Source: Zootoca vivipara
Taxonomy: Eukaryota
NCBI RefSeq assembly: GCF_963506605.1
Contig: NC_083283.1
Location: 39,680,001-39,744,000 of the forward strand
Direction of reading: 5' to 3'
DNA length: 64,000 bases
Part shown: positions 12,290-25,479 of the stretch, piece by piece
How positions within the stretch are numbered: the first letter of the stretch is position 1
How the letters are laid out: the number at the start of each line of letters is the position of its first letter
Made by a program: the position numbers and the translations under genes
Notes under the pieces: generated by a model
The model's database searches: none
Seen by the model: only the letters and a program-made list of their open reading frames with translations
What the model was told of the DNA's origin: nothing

Positions 12290-12836
12290 CATTTGGGCTG
12301 ACAGGCAAACTAATATCAGTGTACTGGAAGAAGCAAAGATCACCAGTGTTGAAGCAATGATTCTTCAACATCAACTTCGTTGGAATGGTCATGTTGTGCG
12401 GATGCCTGATGATTGTCTTCCAAAGCAACTACCGGTACTCTATTCCAAACTTAAAAATGGAAAGCGTAATGCTGGTGGTCAACAAAAGAGGTTTAAAGGC
12501 TGTCTCAAGGCAAATCTTTAAAAATGTAGTATAAACACTGACAACTGGGAAACACTGGCCTGCGAGCGCTCCAGTTGGACAACAGCTTTTACCAAAGGTG
12601 TCATGGACTTTGAAGAAACTCGACCTCAGGACGCAAGGGAGAAACGTGCTAAGAGGAAGGCACGCTTCGCACATCCACACCGTGATCAACTCCCACCTGG
12701 AAACCAATGTGCCCACTGTGGAAGGACGTGTGGATCCAGAATTGGCCTTCACAGTCACTTAAGGACCCATTGTTAAAATCGTGTTTATGGAAGACAATCT
12801 TACTCGGCTACGAATGATCGCCAAAGAAGAAGAAGA
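12290..12836 (+). mobile_element. RTE-clade LINE 3' end (non-BovB lineage)
   Basis: QLRWNGHVVRMPDDCLPKQL motif, C-terminal CxxC..HxxxH motif QCAHCGRTCGSRIGLHSHLRTHC* (12705-12776), (GAA)n tail. Confidence 0.88.
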
Positions 12837-12931
12837 CTCCCAGGCAAGTGGGCATAGGACTGTAGCCTTAATATTTTCTTTGTGGTATACAAATGGGTCT
12901 AGTAAAATAAATAGATACATTTTGATTCAAT

Positions 12932-13172
12932 ACAGTGGTACCTTGGTTTGCATATGTCTTGGTTTGCAATGGATTACAAACACATCAACCCAGAAGTGTG
13001 TGTCCCAGTTTGCAACCTTTTTTCGGATTACAACCCTTTTTTGGGGGGGGGGGATTACGAACAAAAAAATTTTGGAGGCCCCATTGGCGAAAGTGCGCCT
13101 TGGGTTACAACCTGTTTTGGTTTACAAATAGACCTCTGGAACAGATTATGGTTGTAAACGAAGGTAACACTT
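12932..13172. mobile_element. Tigger/pogo-like MITE
   Basis: ta|cagtggtacct left end and a degenerate right end aaggtaacact. Same superfamily as 23300-23533. Confidence 0.7.
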
Positions 13173-14509
13173 TTTATAATTTCAAATGTTCTTTGCTGGA
13201 TTGGGGGGGGGAGCTTTTTAGGGAACTCCACCATGACCCCCAACCATCTTAATCTGGTCCTGTTGACAAGGTCCAAGGAGTGAAGCAAGGGCTAGACTTG
13301 GTGAACAACACATGGGACAGTGCTGGCTAAGATTGCGGTCTGAAGCAGCAACGAGTTATTTTGTCACTCAGACTGACAAAACCAACCTGACTGGGAAGGT
13401 TCTATGGGAGTCATGCTTTTCACATAACCAACTCTGGCCTATCAGATAACTGGAAGACCCTTCTGAGTTTGACCCAACTCATTGCAATTTTCTCCACTGG
13501 CACAAACTCGCCATGGGTAACCAAGCTGGCATTTCCATATTCACAGCTTCAGGACCTTCTGTGGGTTTGAGTTCAGGTATGCAGGCATCCATCCATCCTT
13601 CCACCCACCCACCTCCTGCCACTCACTGTAATACTTTTACTATAATAGTTCAAATTCCAGCTGTACAAAAAAAGGGGGAGGTGGCTCGTTGGCAGGTGCA
13701 ATTGCAGGGGTGGAGATTTCATCACAAGGCCTACTTTGGGGTAGCAGAGCAATCCGAATTCCAGCCAAGTAGCAGCCAGAGCAGTGAAGCTGCCACCACA
13801 TCCTCAGAGCATTGCTCATCCCAGATAGGGCAGAAGATGAGAGCACAGGCAAAAACCCACTCTAAGCCTGCAGCTGATGTGGCAATCAGGCCTGATGCTG
13901 TCAAGTGACAGCAGTAGGGCTGGCTCAGCATCAGGGAATCCTGGACTAGCTCTGCCCCTTCCTGTCCCTGTAAAAAAAACAACCCCTCTTTCATGACTTT
14001 CCATGGGCTTCTGCCTGTGGAAACCTCACCTGAAGCACTTCCATGAACGGAATGGGGATCTCCATGGGTATCCAACAACACACACTCAACACCATGGATC
14101 TGGAGTTTAGATTGCACCCTGAATTGCCCATCAAAAGCAATGCCTTTTAAGGGGATTTACTGTGGCTACTTTATATGCCTTGTAATAACAAGACACGTAA
14201 GTACTGCTGAGGAATAATCACATATGAAAGGGTGCAACTGCTTCTCTAAATACTGGTTGGACTGTTAGAACAGTAGCATGAGAGAACCTATGTCTGTAGT
14301 CCATCTCTTTGCCATGGGATTGTTCAGAGATACTGATGAATATCATCTCGAAATCAGGTGTTGACAAGCTTTCCCCATAGATCCATGGTTACAGCCTTAG
14401 CAAAACACCCAACAGTGCCAGATTTAGGGCAGTGTTGGTGTTTCCCTGCACAGGGTACATAGCTGAGGGGGCGCAAAATAATAATAATGATAATATATGG
14501 ATACCTACT

Positions 14510-15539
14510 TTGTTGTTGTTTAGTCGTATAGTCGTGTCCGACTCTTCGTGACCCCATGGACCATAGCACGCCAGGCACTCCTGTCTTGCACTGCCTCCCG
14601 CAGGTTGGTCAAACTCATGTTCGTAGCTTCGAGAACACTGTCCAACCACCTTGTCCTCTGTCTTCCCCTTCTCCTAGTGCCCTCAATCTTTCCCAACATC
14701 AGGGTCTTTTCCAAGGATTCTTCTCTTCTCATGAGGTGGCCAAAGTATTGGAGCCTCAGCTTCACGATCTGTCCTTCCAGGGAGCACTCAGGGCTGATTT
14801 CCTTAAGAATGGATAGGTTTGATCTTCTTGCAGTCCATGGGACTCTCAAGAGTCTCCTCCAGCACCATAATTCAAAAGCATCAATTCTTCGGCGATCAGC
14901 CTTCTTTATGGTCCAGCTCTCACTTCCATACATCACTACTGGGAAAACCATAGCTTTAACTATACGGACCTTTGTAGGCAAGGTGATGTCTCTGCTTTTT
15001 AAGATGCTGTCTAGGTTTGTCATTGCTTTTCTCCCAAGAAGCAGGCGTCTTTTAATTTCGTGACTGCTGTCACCATCTGCAGTGATCAAGGAGCCCAAGA
15101 AAGTAAAATCTCTCACTGCCTCCATTTCTTCCCCTTCTATTTGCCAGGAGGTGATGGGACCAGTGGCCATGATCTTGGTTTTTTTGATGTTGAGCTTCAG
15201 ACCATATTTTGCGCTCTCCTCTTTCACCCTCATTAAAAAGGTTCTTTAATTCCTCCTCGCTTTCTGCCATCAAGGTTGTGTCATCTGCATATCTGAGGTT
15301 GTTGATATTTCTTCCGGCAATCTTAATTCCGGCTTGGGATTCATCTAGTCCAGCCTTTCGCATGATGAATTCTGCATATAAGTTAAATAAGCAGGGAGAC
15401 AATATACAACCTTGTCGTACTCCTTTCCCAATTTTGAACCACTCAGTTGTTCCATATCCAGTTCTAACTGTAGCTTCTTGTCCCACATAGAGATTTCTCA
15501 GGAGACAGATGAGGTGATCAGGCACTCCCATTTCTTTAA
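14510..15539 (-). mobile_element. 5'-truncated Bov-B (RTE) LINE, frameshifted RT
   Basis: ORFs 15070-15615 and 14520-15233 contain GVRQGCILSP, LRYADD and the C-terminal WRAMVHGVTKSRTRL. (CAA)n tail. 10-bp TSD gatacctact at 14500-14509 and 15540-15549. Confidence 0.96.
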
Positions 15540-16960
15540 GATACCTACTGAGAAGATCCATGTACTGAAAGGTATTGTTAAAATAAGAAACATTTTTCGG
15601 GGGGGGGAGTGCCAAATTTTGTTCTTGCTCAGGGCACCATATTACTGAAGTCTGCCCCTGTAGTTAACACCCCCAGCAAAAGCCTACACTTGTCCACTTA
15701 GTAATGAAAACATCAATCAGACCTTGAGAATGCTGCAGTAACATACAAAAGTTCACAAAAGTAAAGTTCATGATCACACAAAGCCAAGTGTACAATATGA
15801 AAGGGCATCTTGATCAAAACAACAGTCAAAATTTTATTATCTCAGCAGTGTGGTGGTAAGTAATCTTTGACAGATGTGTCAGGCAGTGGCAGTAAAAGTA
15901 ATCTGTAGACTTTGCAGAGAATGAGGAAACTGTAACTATCTTCTTATTTTCATTGTGGTTCTTTGAATGGTGCAACAACTATAACTCTCCTTGTCCTCCT
16001 GTGTAGATTTTGTGAGCAAACTGAATGTATAAACAGCAGCAGGACACACAAAGAAGACTAAAGGTGATGAAGGTTCAAGAAAAAAAAAGTTAATTCTGAA
16101 ATTATTATACCTGTACTCATCCTTATTTTAAAAGCACTGGGTATTTGTTGAGTTCATTTAAAGCATAACATCTTAATTTCATAAAAGTTCATTCTTTTAA
16201 TTTACACCCCTCCTTTTGAATTAGAGTTCCAGTTAGAGTAATAGTTCAATTTTCTCATCTTAATTAGATACTGCATATATTCTCATTAAAATCAAAAGTA
16301 TTGTAGAAGTTCTAAGGCAGGTGTGGGCAACCTTTGACGCTCCAGATTTTGCTGGACTGACAATTGGTCATGATGGTCAGGACTGATGGGTCTTGGAGTT
16401 CAACAACATCTGGAGGGCGAAAGGTTCCCCACCTCTGTCCTAGGGTTATCATTTGTTATGTCTTAATTGTGTTAGCCTTTCAGATTAAGAGACATCTTTT
16501 GTATGCTCTGTTAATCCCAATACATTGGCCCAGATGATGATCATCATCATAAGAAGAAGAAAAAATGGAAGGATGGGTTTCTAAAATTGGCCATAGTGCA
16601 GCAGACTAATTTCCCACAGATACTTATTTCTGATTGTGCCTAATGTTCACGAAAGAAGCATACAAATAATTGAATAATGTCTCTCCTGTTACAGTATTTG
16701 TCAAGAAGACATTAGTGATGCATTGGGGACACAAAGTGAACCCCATTACCATCTTAGATAATAGCTATAGATTACCAGAGTTCCATATTATTCTGTGTAC
16801 TTCACATGAGTTTTAAACTTCGTTCATTAAACTTCCATGACCAATGACAGAGTGCTGCTTATGTATTTAGCAGATGTGACCCAATTAAGCCGAGTGACCA
16901 CAGCATGTTATCTCCATTGTTCAAAGCCTCCATTCCTCCAACAAAACTTAGAAGAAGACT

Positions 16961-17113
16961 ATCATAGAATCGTAGAATTCTAGACTTGGGAAGGACCCTG
17001 AGAATTATCTAGTCCAACCCCCTGCAGTGCAGGAATATGCAGCTGTCTCATATGAGGATAGAACCTGCAACCTTCGCATTATCAGCACCATGCTCTAACC
17101 AACTGAACCACCA
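16961..17113 (-). mobile_element. tRNA-Ile-derived SINE with CR1 tail
   Basis: Head cagttggttagagcatggtgctgataatgcgaaggttgcaggttc, tail gttggactagat...attctatgat. Confidence 0.8.
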
Positions 17114-17259
17114 GTGAGCCAACTTCCTCCTGTTCACACAACATCCCTTTTCAACCATCTTTTCTTTGGTTGGTTGATCACTGCCTTAGCTCTAGAATAA
17201 AGCGTGAAGACTGTGTAAACTGGTACTATCATTACTGGATTATGCTCCCAAGGTCTGCT

Positions 17260-17262
<3 letters not shown>

Positions 17263-17308
<46 letters not shown>
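17263..17308. repeat. (GT)n microsatellite
   Basis: Direct reading. Confidence 0.95.
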
Positions 17309-17311
<3 letters not shown>

Positions 17312-17619
17312 AGCTACACAAACATCTATTTTTTAAAAAAAAGAGGGAAAGAACAGCATGGCTCACATGACTTTTAAGAGCCTAGGATCTATGTAGACTT
17401 CACATCCACTCATGGATGCATGGCAATCCTAGATGCATAAGATGCTTTGCATGCACTTGGAGGTTGGGGTGTTCCAACATGACTTCACAACCCCACTGTG
17501 TGTAGCCTAGAAGTTCATGTTGACTTTGTCTTGTTTGGTGCCATAATGTATCCGGTTTGTGGAATACTAGATATGTTGCACTCTCTCTTTCCACCTGTTC
17601 TAAGATATATCTCTCTGTA

Positions 17620-17856
17620 TCATTTATTATTTATTTACTGCATTTCTATCCCACTTTTTCCTCCAAGGAGCTCAAGGTGGCATGCATTGTTCTTCTCCCT
17701 CCTCATTTATTCCCCACAACAACCCTGCAAGTCAGGTTAGGCTGAGATGCAGTAACTGGCCCAACGTCACTCAGTGAGCCTTATTGCTGAGTGGGGATTT
17801 GAACCCTCGTCTTCCAGGTCCTAGTCCAGCACTCCAAGCACCACACCACACTGGCT
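17620..17856 (-). mobile_element. MIR/Ther1-derived (Squam3-type) SINE, older copy
   Basis: Head agccagtgtggtgtggtg, B-box ggttcaaatccc, CORE-like body, (TAAA)n-like tail. Confidence 0.75.
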
Positions 17857-18997
17857 GGACAATGGGATGATGGGGCACTGAAGAAGCTATGAGGAACAAA
17901 TGTGCATTTGTAGAGGGAAATGCTAATGACAGCATTCAGGACCAAATCCACTGCTTGCCAAACCCCACAAGGGCCTCATTAATGGTGCCTCAGGACCAAA
18001 TGTGTTTTAAGTGCAAGTTAAGTGCAATGGCATAACTTGCTCATTGATAGTTTCCTTAGCATATCCACAGCAAATCTGCCTGTGGTCAATTTATATGCCC
18101 CATGAACATTGATTCCAATCTATAATTAATTAGGAGTTATTCCATATTTCAATATACCAGACTGGAGTAATTCTTCAACTCCACCATCTTCTCTGAAATG
18201 AAAAAGTAGCATGTTAATAGTGTAGTTTGCCTGAGTTTGCTACAATGCATACAGTTTATTGTTATATATTTGTGAACAAGGTTAAGAGTCTATAATATCC
18301 TGTCCCAGTGCAATCTGATACTATATGGTGCTTTTATTTCCTGACTCTTATCTCAGTTCTCCTGGAAAATTCATCCATGCCTGGTTCTGTCTTCTTTGAC
18401 TGATTATATATTATGAAATGCTTTCTGTATTTGATTTTTGAAATGACAAATGAATGGCTTGAGGCAGTCAGTGTAGTTTAATTTGATTGAACAGATCATA
18501 TCTAGTAATCATAACTTTTATAGAGCATTGGTGGGAAGTAAGCAGTGTTTGTGCGTGAGAGAGAGAAAGAGAGATAGAGCTATATTTATGGCCTTTCACT
18601 CCCATTTTGCCAATCCTCACTCTGCTGTTTGGACTAGTAGGGACAAGGATTTTCTGTAGAAAATACATTTGGATGGGCAGTGTAAAAGTATAATAAATGC
18701 ACAATCCTTATAAATAGCATTCAGAACAAACCTTCCACTAGGGGTGGTGGACCTTTGACCCTTCAGCTAGTCCTGAACTACAATTCCCATAATCTCCTGC
18801 ATACCTGCTAGGGCCAATGGATGTTATAATTCAGCAAAATTTGGAGGGTCAAATGTTCCCAACCCCACTCCTGAGTTTTGTGGAGACTTCAGAGGGGGGA
18901 ATTCTAAACCCTATATCCAATTAAATATATTTAAGCTCATTCAGTTGTTCACATCCCCACCCCACCCCAGAACAAAATAGAAATGGTAGGTCCTTTT

Positions 18998-19598
18998 TGT
19001 GGGATGGAACACTGGGGCAGACAAGTCACAACAGTTCCTAGAGTGTCCACTAACAGGAACTCACCTGGAGGGACACCTGACTACAGGTCAGTTCCTGTTC
19101 CCTCAGACATGCAGATGAGTTGGATGAGACAAAAGCCCTAGCCTGCAATCACTCTCTCTCTTAGCTACTTCCTCCCTCGATGAGGACACATCTCCAGAGA
19201 ATCTCCAGTTAGCATGGTTCTCACTCTAGGCCTGCAGCCAAGAGTGAGACCAAATGGAGTCTTACTTTACTAAGTAGTCTCTAGATGTATGTATACTTGT
19301 AACTTTTCTAAGCAAGCCTGCCTTTCTGAGATTATGCTGTAACTCAGGATGAAACTGTAAGTAAACTCTATCTTATTTTATAAACACTGTGTTGTGTATT
19401 TCTTTTAAGAGGGACAAAGGGGACCTTTGCCAGGAAGTGTAATATTGAACTATAAAGTGTAATATTGTTATAGAGATTCTAGCGAATCTAACGCACATGC
19501 TTTGCTGCGCACAAAAGGGGAATGTCACTCTGCTAATATTGGAAGCTTGCTAACACAAGCTTGGATAGGATCTATCTAATAATATATCCTAATCCACA
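18998..19598 (+). mobile_element. Probable solo LTR
   Basis: TG...CA ends with a short inverted repeat (tgtgggat/atccaca), ~600 bp, TATA-like acaaaag then a CT tract and an AGTAAA signal. No clean TSD. Confidence 0.5.
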
Positions 19599-21378
19599 TC
19601 CCTAACATTCCCATACTTTTGACCTGTGGTTCCCCACAAAGTTCTTCCATTCTATGCTCCTAAGGGATTGTGCTAATTATACTTGTCCCACCAGCCTTTC
19701 TTAATGTCTCTGGGTCAAATTACACATTAATGTTACACACACATTTTCAGTATCATGCCCAGCACTGGTGATTTTCTGTTGACAGAAGAAGCTGCCAGGT
19801 CGGGCCCCCGAACCATATCAGGACCAAAGCACATGTGCAGCAAGTTTTAATCATTTTCTTGCCCTGCCTCCCTGCCCCCCCACCCCACCCCACCCCCACC
19901 CCCACCCCCCCCCCCGGCTGAGAATCCCCTCTCCTCCCGAGCTGCTATTTCCCCTGAGGGTGCTGCTTAATCTCTGTTTTCATTGCAAACCAAGAATGCA
20001 TTTTAAAGCAAATGCAATTAATAGGTTAATCCGTTAATCAACTAAAATTTAACAATGGTCTCAAAGTCTCTCCCTCTGGAATTGTAAATTCAGCTCAGTT
20101 CAGCAGCATAGCAACGATTTTTATTGTTGGTAGTCAATGGTCATTACAACACAGATGTGTGACTGGATGCAAGGAAATAAGAAAAGGGTGGTTTTTTAAA
20201 TGCCTTTCAGCCTTGGTAAGTTCCAGAGCAGTGCACCAAAAAAAAAAAATGGAATATATCTTTCCTGTCAGCTGTTTCCCCCTTTGTTGTATTCTTCCAG
20301 GTACCCTTGCACATTCACTAATAACTCAGCCCTAAATATGCTTTTCATTTAAGAAAATAACAAAACCAAAAGGCTACCAGGGCTTCTTACATGAATTTAT
20401 GTGCAATATGTTTTAATTTGCATTTTTTTGTTTCTACTGTAATTGCATTGCTGGAAGCCACCCCTTGATGATGCCTTTGTCCTAAAAGATGAGGCATAAA
20501 TTTGTATAAACCAGAACAGGGAACCAGGCTGTGGCTCTCCAGGTGTTGCTAGACTCACTGTTGAGCATGCTGAACAAATGAATTACTGATTAACAGATTA
20601 TTTTTTAAAAAACCACACTGAATCGACAACCAAAGCACTGCCTGGATAGCATCAGAGCAAAGTGATAGTACTGTGGGCCAAGTTGTTAAACAACTCTCAG
20701 GGGAGAAAAAGTCCCTATGGTATTCTGAGAAGTGAAGCAGCAAGGTTAAATTTATACCAGACACCTCTGCTGCTGGGAAAAGAACAAGTCCTTGTTTGTT
20801 GATCCAGAATCTTCTAAATTATAATATGTACTCATTGCTCTCCAGCAAAGGCCAAAAATGTTTGGGGATAAGGGTCAAATCAGGATGCAGTATATTCTTC
20901 ACCAAGTGAAACATTTTGCAAGTTAAGTTACCTTCTAGTGACTGGTACTAGAAACTTAATGCATCTGTGTTATCTCAGGTTTGCCCTGTTGTTGTTGTTG
21001 TTGTTGTTTCAACATAATACAATACCATAGAAATTATGTTTTTGTAATGTTGTGAGAACTTATAATGTGCTTATAACAGTGCTTTTGGCTACTGTATTTG
21101 TGAAATGTTACAATATTTATGAAAGATTAATAGCCTAGTCAGCTATTTTATACAACACCATCCATTTGCATCAACCCCAACTGAATTGGCAGCTTATTGC
21201 TGAAGTTTGCTAAACACTTTCAGCTGATGCCAAAGAATGAAGAGCAGATGATACTGTGTAGGTGCTTTCAAATATTGAGCTGGTCTCCCTTCAGGCATTA
21301 CCATTCAAATGGCGTGTGCGCACCATGCCATGTGAACGATTATGAGGGATGAGGTTTACATGCCCCCCAATATTTTAT

Positions 21379-21680
21379 TCAAGATGTCTGCAAATGAAAC
21401 ACGAAGACTGGCAACATTAACCCCACCCTATGGGAATCCCTTACAGATGATAGCAGTGCCTGGGGAAAGGCAGTAAGGTCATGTATCCACAGCATTGACC
21501 AAGAAGGATGACCACTGGGAGGAGCACAGAGAGAAGGAACGCCCCTGTTGCAACAAAACATGTCTCGCTCGCATCAGTCTCTACAGCCACAGCAGGCACT
21601 GTAACTCGCCACTATTGTATGACTATACCCCCTAAGGTGTACTCATCCATTGTCTCCCAAGACAGACAGGTGCCAACAAT
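21379..21680 (+). mobile_element. Degraded RTE-clade LINE 3' end (second lineage)
   Basis: DVCK..WESLTDDSSAWGKAV-like segment, decayed Cys/His motif, 3' UTR ccattgtctcccaagacagacaggtgccaac. Confidence 0.7.
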
Positions 21681-21885
21681 AGCACTTAGAAAACAGAAGA
21701 GGAAATGCAATGACTGTGTTGTTTTTGCACATAACATAAATTTTTATACTCTTGTCTCTTTTTAAAGAGTAGTGGGTGTTCAATTCTAGTCCTACTCAGA
21801 GTGGACCCATTGAAATTTATCATCATGACTAACGGGTTCATTCATTTTAATGGTTCTACTCTGACTAGGACTTAGTTAAATATAG

Positions 21886-22404
21886 TCCAACACTATTGAT
21901 AATGTTGTCATATGATAAATTATGAAGTTTATCATTCTCTATGCACATAATGTACATAAGACTTAGTGCAGACAGCTTTTCTTGTAGCACAGTTGTCCAC
22001 AGTTCATTCTTGATCCTTTTCAGCCATGAAAATGACCTTTCTCTTGAGCCGTTTGTCACTCTGGGACTTAGAAAGTGCCACAATGTTGCTTCTACATTAG
22101 GGGAAGTCAATTGCCTCTTCCCTTACATGATGACTTACTTGATACAGTGTCTTGTGTAATAAATGTTTTTTTATCCAAGTGATTTGTTTGATATAAGCAC
22201 GGATGTTCTTTATTTCCTCAATAAGGTTAACATCAACATTGTCGCCTGAAGCTTTATACTGTCACACAACTGTTTTTCTGAAGTTGCAGGGGAAAAATGT
22301 ATATGGTTGCTGGTTTCATCAAGCTGGTTTCAAGTGCATCCATCACAGGAATAAAGGGCTCAAAACTTGTCACTTTGAGAAAGCCATCAGGTGCATCACC
22401 ATCA
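21886..22404 (-). pseudogene. hAT transposase C-terminal fossil (hATC dimerisation domain)
   Basis: PNVEATLWHFLSPRVTNGSRERSFSWLKRIKNELWTTVLQEKLSALSLM matches the hATC ERSFS..LKRIK..LR motif. The upstream frame gives FIPVMDALETSL. Multiple disruptions. Confidence 0.85.
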
Positions 22405-22835
22405 TTACATTGGCTCCCAGTATGTTTCCAAGCACAATTCAAAGTGTTGGTGCTGACCTTTAAAGCCCTAAATGGCCTCGGTCCAGTATACCTGAAGGAG
22501 CGTCTCCTCCCCCATCGTTCTGCCCAGACACTGAGGTCCAGCTCCGAGGGTCTTCTGGCGGTTCCCTCGCTACGAGAAGCTAAGTTACAGGGAACCAGGC
22601 AGAGGGCCTTCTCGGTAGTGGCACCCACCCTGTGGAATGCCCTCCCACCAGAGGTCAAAGAGAACAACAATTGCCAGACCTTTAGAAGGCATCTTAAGGC
22701 AGCCCTGTTTAGGGAAGCTTTTAATGTTTGATGGATTTCTGTATTTTAATGTTTTTTTGGAAGCCGCCCAGAGTGGCTGGGGAAACCCGGCCAGATGGGT
22801 GGGGTATAAATAATAAATTATTATTATTATATCAT
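22405..22835 (+). mobile_element. L2-clade LINE 3' end
   Basis: LHWLPV..FKVLVLTFKALNGLGPVYLKERL..RAFSVVAPTLWNALP..FRRHLKAALF*, followed by a (TTA)n tail. Confidence 0.93.

Positions 22836-22838
<3 letters not shown>

Positions 22839-22879
<41 letters not shown>
22839..22879. repeat. (CA)n microsatellite
   Basis: Direct reading. Confidence 0.95.
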
Positions 22880-22881
<2 letters not shown>

Positions 22882-23299
22882 TATCTTATTCACACATTTG
22901 CAGTTTACATCAGGCAGATATTCTTTCGCTTTGAGTTCTATTTCATCAAAACATTCTCAGGTTTCTTTTACGAAGTGAGAGAGTGGTGTGTAAATATTTG
23001 CTAAAAGTTATCTGGAGTTCCTGCAGAGCCCTGCTGCTTTTGTGGAACTGAGCTAACCAACAATTCCAAAGTTCTGGCATGAACACAAACTCTCATTCCT
23101 CCATTTTCTCCTGAAGTGTGGCAGTTCTCTCCTTTTATCACCCTTTTCAGAGTCACTGGGTCTGACCATGAGCAAGGGCCATCCACAACTGAATCATAAC
23201 TCTCAACTATGGCTGAAGATGCTTTTGCATGTGCTTCCTACCTCAGCTGTGCACATTTAAGGCACATGGCAACTCCCTCCCCCAGAACTGTGGGAACTA

Positions 23300-23533
23300 C
23301 AATGGTACCTCGGGTTACAGGCGCTTCAGGTTACAGGCGCTTCATCTTACAGACTCCGCTAACCCAGAAATAGTACCTCGGGTTAAGAACTTTGCTTCAG
23401 GATAAGATCGGAAATCGTGCGGTGGTGGCAGCAGGAGGCCCCATTAGCTAAAGTGGTACCTCAGGTTAAGAACAGTTTCAGGTTAAGAACGGACCTCCAG
23501 AACGAATTAAGTTCTTAACCCGAGGTACCACTG
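23300..23533. mobile_element. Tigger/pogo-like MITE nested in an older palindromic MITE (~23250-23635)
   Basis: TIRs caatggtacctcgggtta / taacccgaggtaccactg with TA TSD. An uninterrupted host copy lies at ~27961-28100. Confidence 0.85.
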
Positions 23534-23764
23534 TATAGTCCCCTAAGGTTGCTGAGAATTGAAGATTAGTAAGGGTAATTTACAGTCCCAGAATTCTTGG
23601 GGGGAAGTTGTGTCCTTTAAATATATGGCATGTGTGCTGCTCTAGTGCCAGAGAGATATTTTGGCATTGTGGAATAATGACCCAATAATGATCTGGACAC
23701 TGTGCAGCGTTTTGTAGAGGCACAGAAAAATGTGCATCTTTTTTGCACAACAGTAACATTGGAA

Positions 23765-24010
23765 AGACAGAAGCTGAGGCTAATACTTTGGCCACCTCAT
23801 GAGAAGAGAAGACAACCTGGAAAAGACCCTGATGCTGGGAAAGATTGAGGGCACAAGGAGAAGGGGACGGCAGAGGACAAGATGGTTGGACAGTGTTCTC
23901 GAAGCTACGAACATGAGTCTTACCAAACTGCGGGAGGCAGTGGAAGACAGGAGTGCCTGACATGCTCTGGTCCATGGGGTCACGAAGAGTCGGACATGAC
24001 TAAATGACTC

Positions 24011-24055
<45 letters not shown>
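23765..24055 (+). mobile_element. Short 5'-truncated Bov-B insertion
   Basis: Near-identical to the Bov-B 3' end at 14.5 kb, long (AAC)n tail, 10-bp TSD aacattggaa at 23755-23764 and 24056-24065. Confidence 0.93.
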
Positions 24056-24059
<4 letters not shown>

Positions 24060-24496
24060 TTGGAATGGCATAGACGGCAGAAGTTAGGCTGTCCCTTTCA
24101 GATAGGGAAACAGCTGGGCCTCCAGCCAAAGCTGATGGAAGGCACTCAGGGCCACTGAGGCCACCTGAGTCTCAAGTGACAGCAAAGGATCCAGAAGTAA
24201 AGGAATATGATGAGGCGTTGAGAGAGTATAAACCCATTAAGAGCAAGCAAGCTCTCATCCATCCTGCCTAGGGAACTACCCATTAACAGTGCCTCAACCT
24301 TACCTCAATTGAGCTTCAGTTTTTTTAATCTTATCCAGTACATTACCAGTGCAAGACACTGGTCCAGCACATCCACTCCCTCACCTGCAGATGTAAAGGA
24401 GAAATAGAGCTGTGAGTTATCAGCATATTGCTGATACTTCAAAACTCAAGATAACCCAACTCAGCAGTTTCCTATAGATGTTAAACAGCATTAAGG

Positions 24497-25458
24497 CAGT
24501 GGCGTAGGAAGGGGTATGCAGTGGGTACAGTCTGCCCCGGGTTTCATCACTGAGGGGGGTAATAAAATGGCAAAAATATGTGTTTTTAAAATAAAAATAA
24601 TGAAATAAATAATATAATAAAATAAAAACGTGTTTTTAAAATAAAAGAAGCGTGTGCTTCTTCCCTTGTTGCCTCAGAGCAGAAAGTGCAATGAGGCTCC
24701 TTTTGCCGGCCAGCCTGCCTCTTGCCACACGCTCTCACCAAAAGAGAGTCAAGCGTCAGCGCCACCAGGTACAAGAGCGCGGAACTCAATGCGGAAACCC
24801 CACCGTCGCGTCCTTGCGTCACATGGCTCCCTCACTCCCTCCTCAAGGCGTGGGCAATGGTTTCTCTTCCGCCCCCCGCCTTTGTACCGAAATCCATTTT
24901 GTGGGCAAAAGCGGGCTACGGCAGCCACACGGGCTCATGTGCAGCAGGCTGGATGTGCTTCCCCCTCTCCTTCCTCTTACCCCCCCCCCTCTCGCTTCTT
25001 GTCCTGAAGTAATGAGTTAAGACGTTTCTTCTCCCACTCATTTTCCTTGATTCTATGAGGTCATTTGGGCAGGACAACAATTTTATTTAGTAGCGAAGTG
25101 GCTGCGCTGTGGGCAGAGAAGTGGGCCGGGCCCCCTACACGGTATGTGTGTGTCTGGGGGTGGCTTCTGAGGAATGAAGGTTAAATCCCTTATAGAAGCC
25201 AAACCATGCGTGTGAGATCCTCCAAAAATTGCCAGGGGGTGCCAACCTGCATTGGCAAGCACAGCGCAGGTGCCAGCCCTCAGAAGAGAACAAAGTTAGG
25301 AAAAAAGGTTTTAAGTGATTATGCTCACAATGTTAAGTAAATAAACCATAAAATAACATTTGCAACTGTATCTTATTTTTCCTTCTTTTAATAATTTCAA
25401 TTGGGGGGGGGCAAGAAATTTTCTGCACCAGGTACCACCTGACCTTGCTACACTACTG
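24497..25458. mobile_element. Non-autonomous hAT-like element with CpG-rich interior
   Basis: Termini cagtggcgtagg / gctacactactg, degenerate TSD (cattaagg/catggggg). Confidence 0.6.
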
Positions 25459-25479
25459 CATGGGGGATAAAATTGAAAC

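Noticed and set aside
14548-15063. Plus-strand ORF MTPWTIARQALLS... and its copies at 23.8 and 42.6 kb
   Set aside because: Antisense shadow frames of Bov-B, not a gene family.
21865-22110. Domesticated hAT gene (ZMYM1/ZBED-like exon)
   Set aside because: Disrupted frames, degenerate conserved residues, truncated by L2 and a MITE, no evident splice sites.
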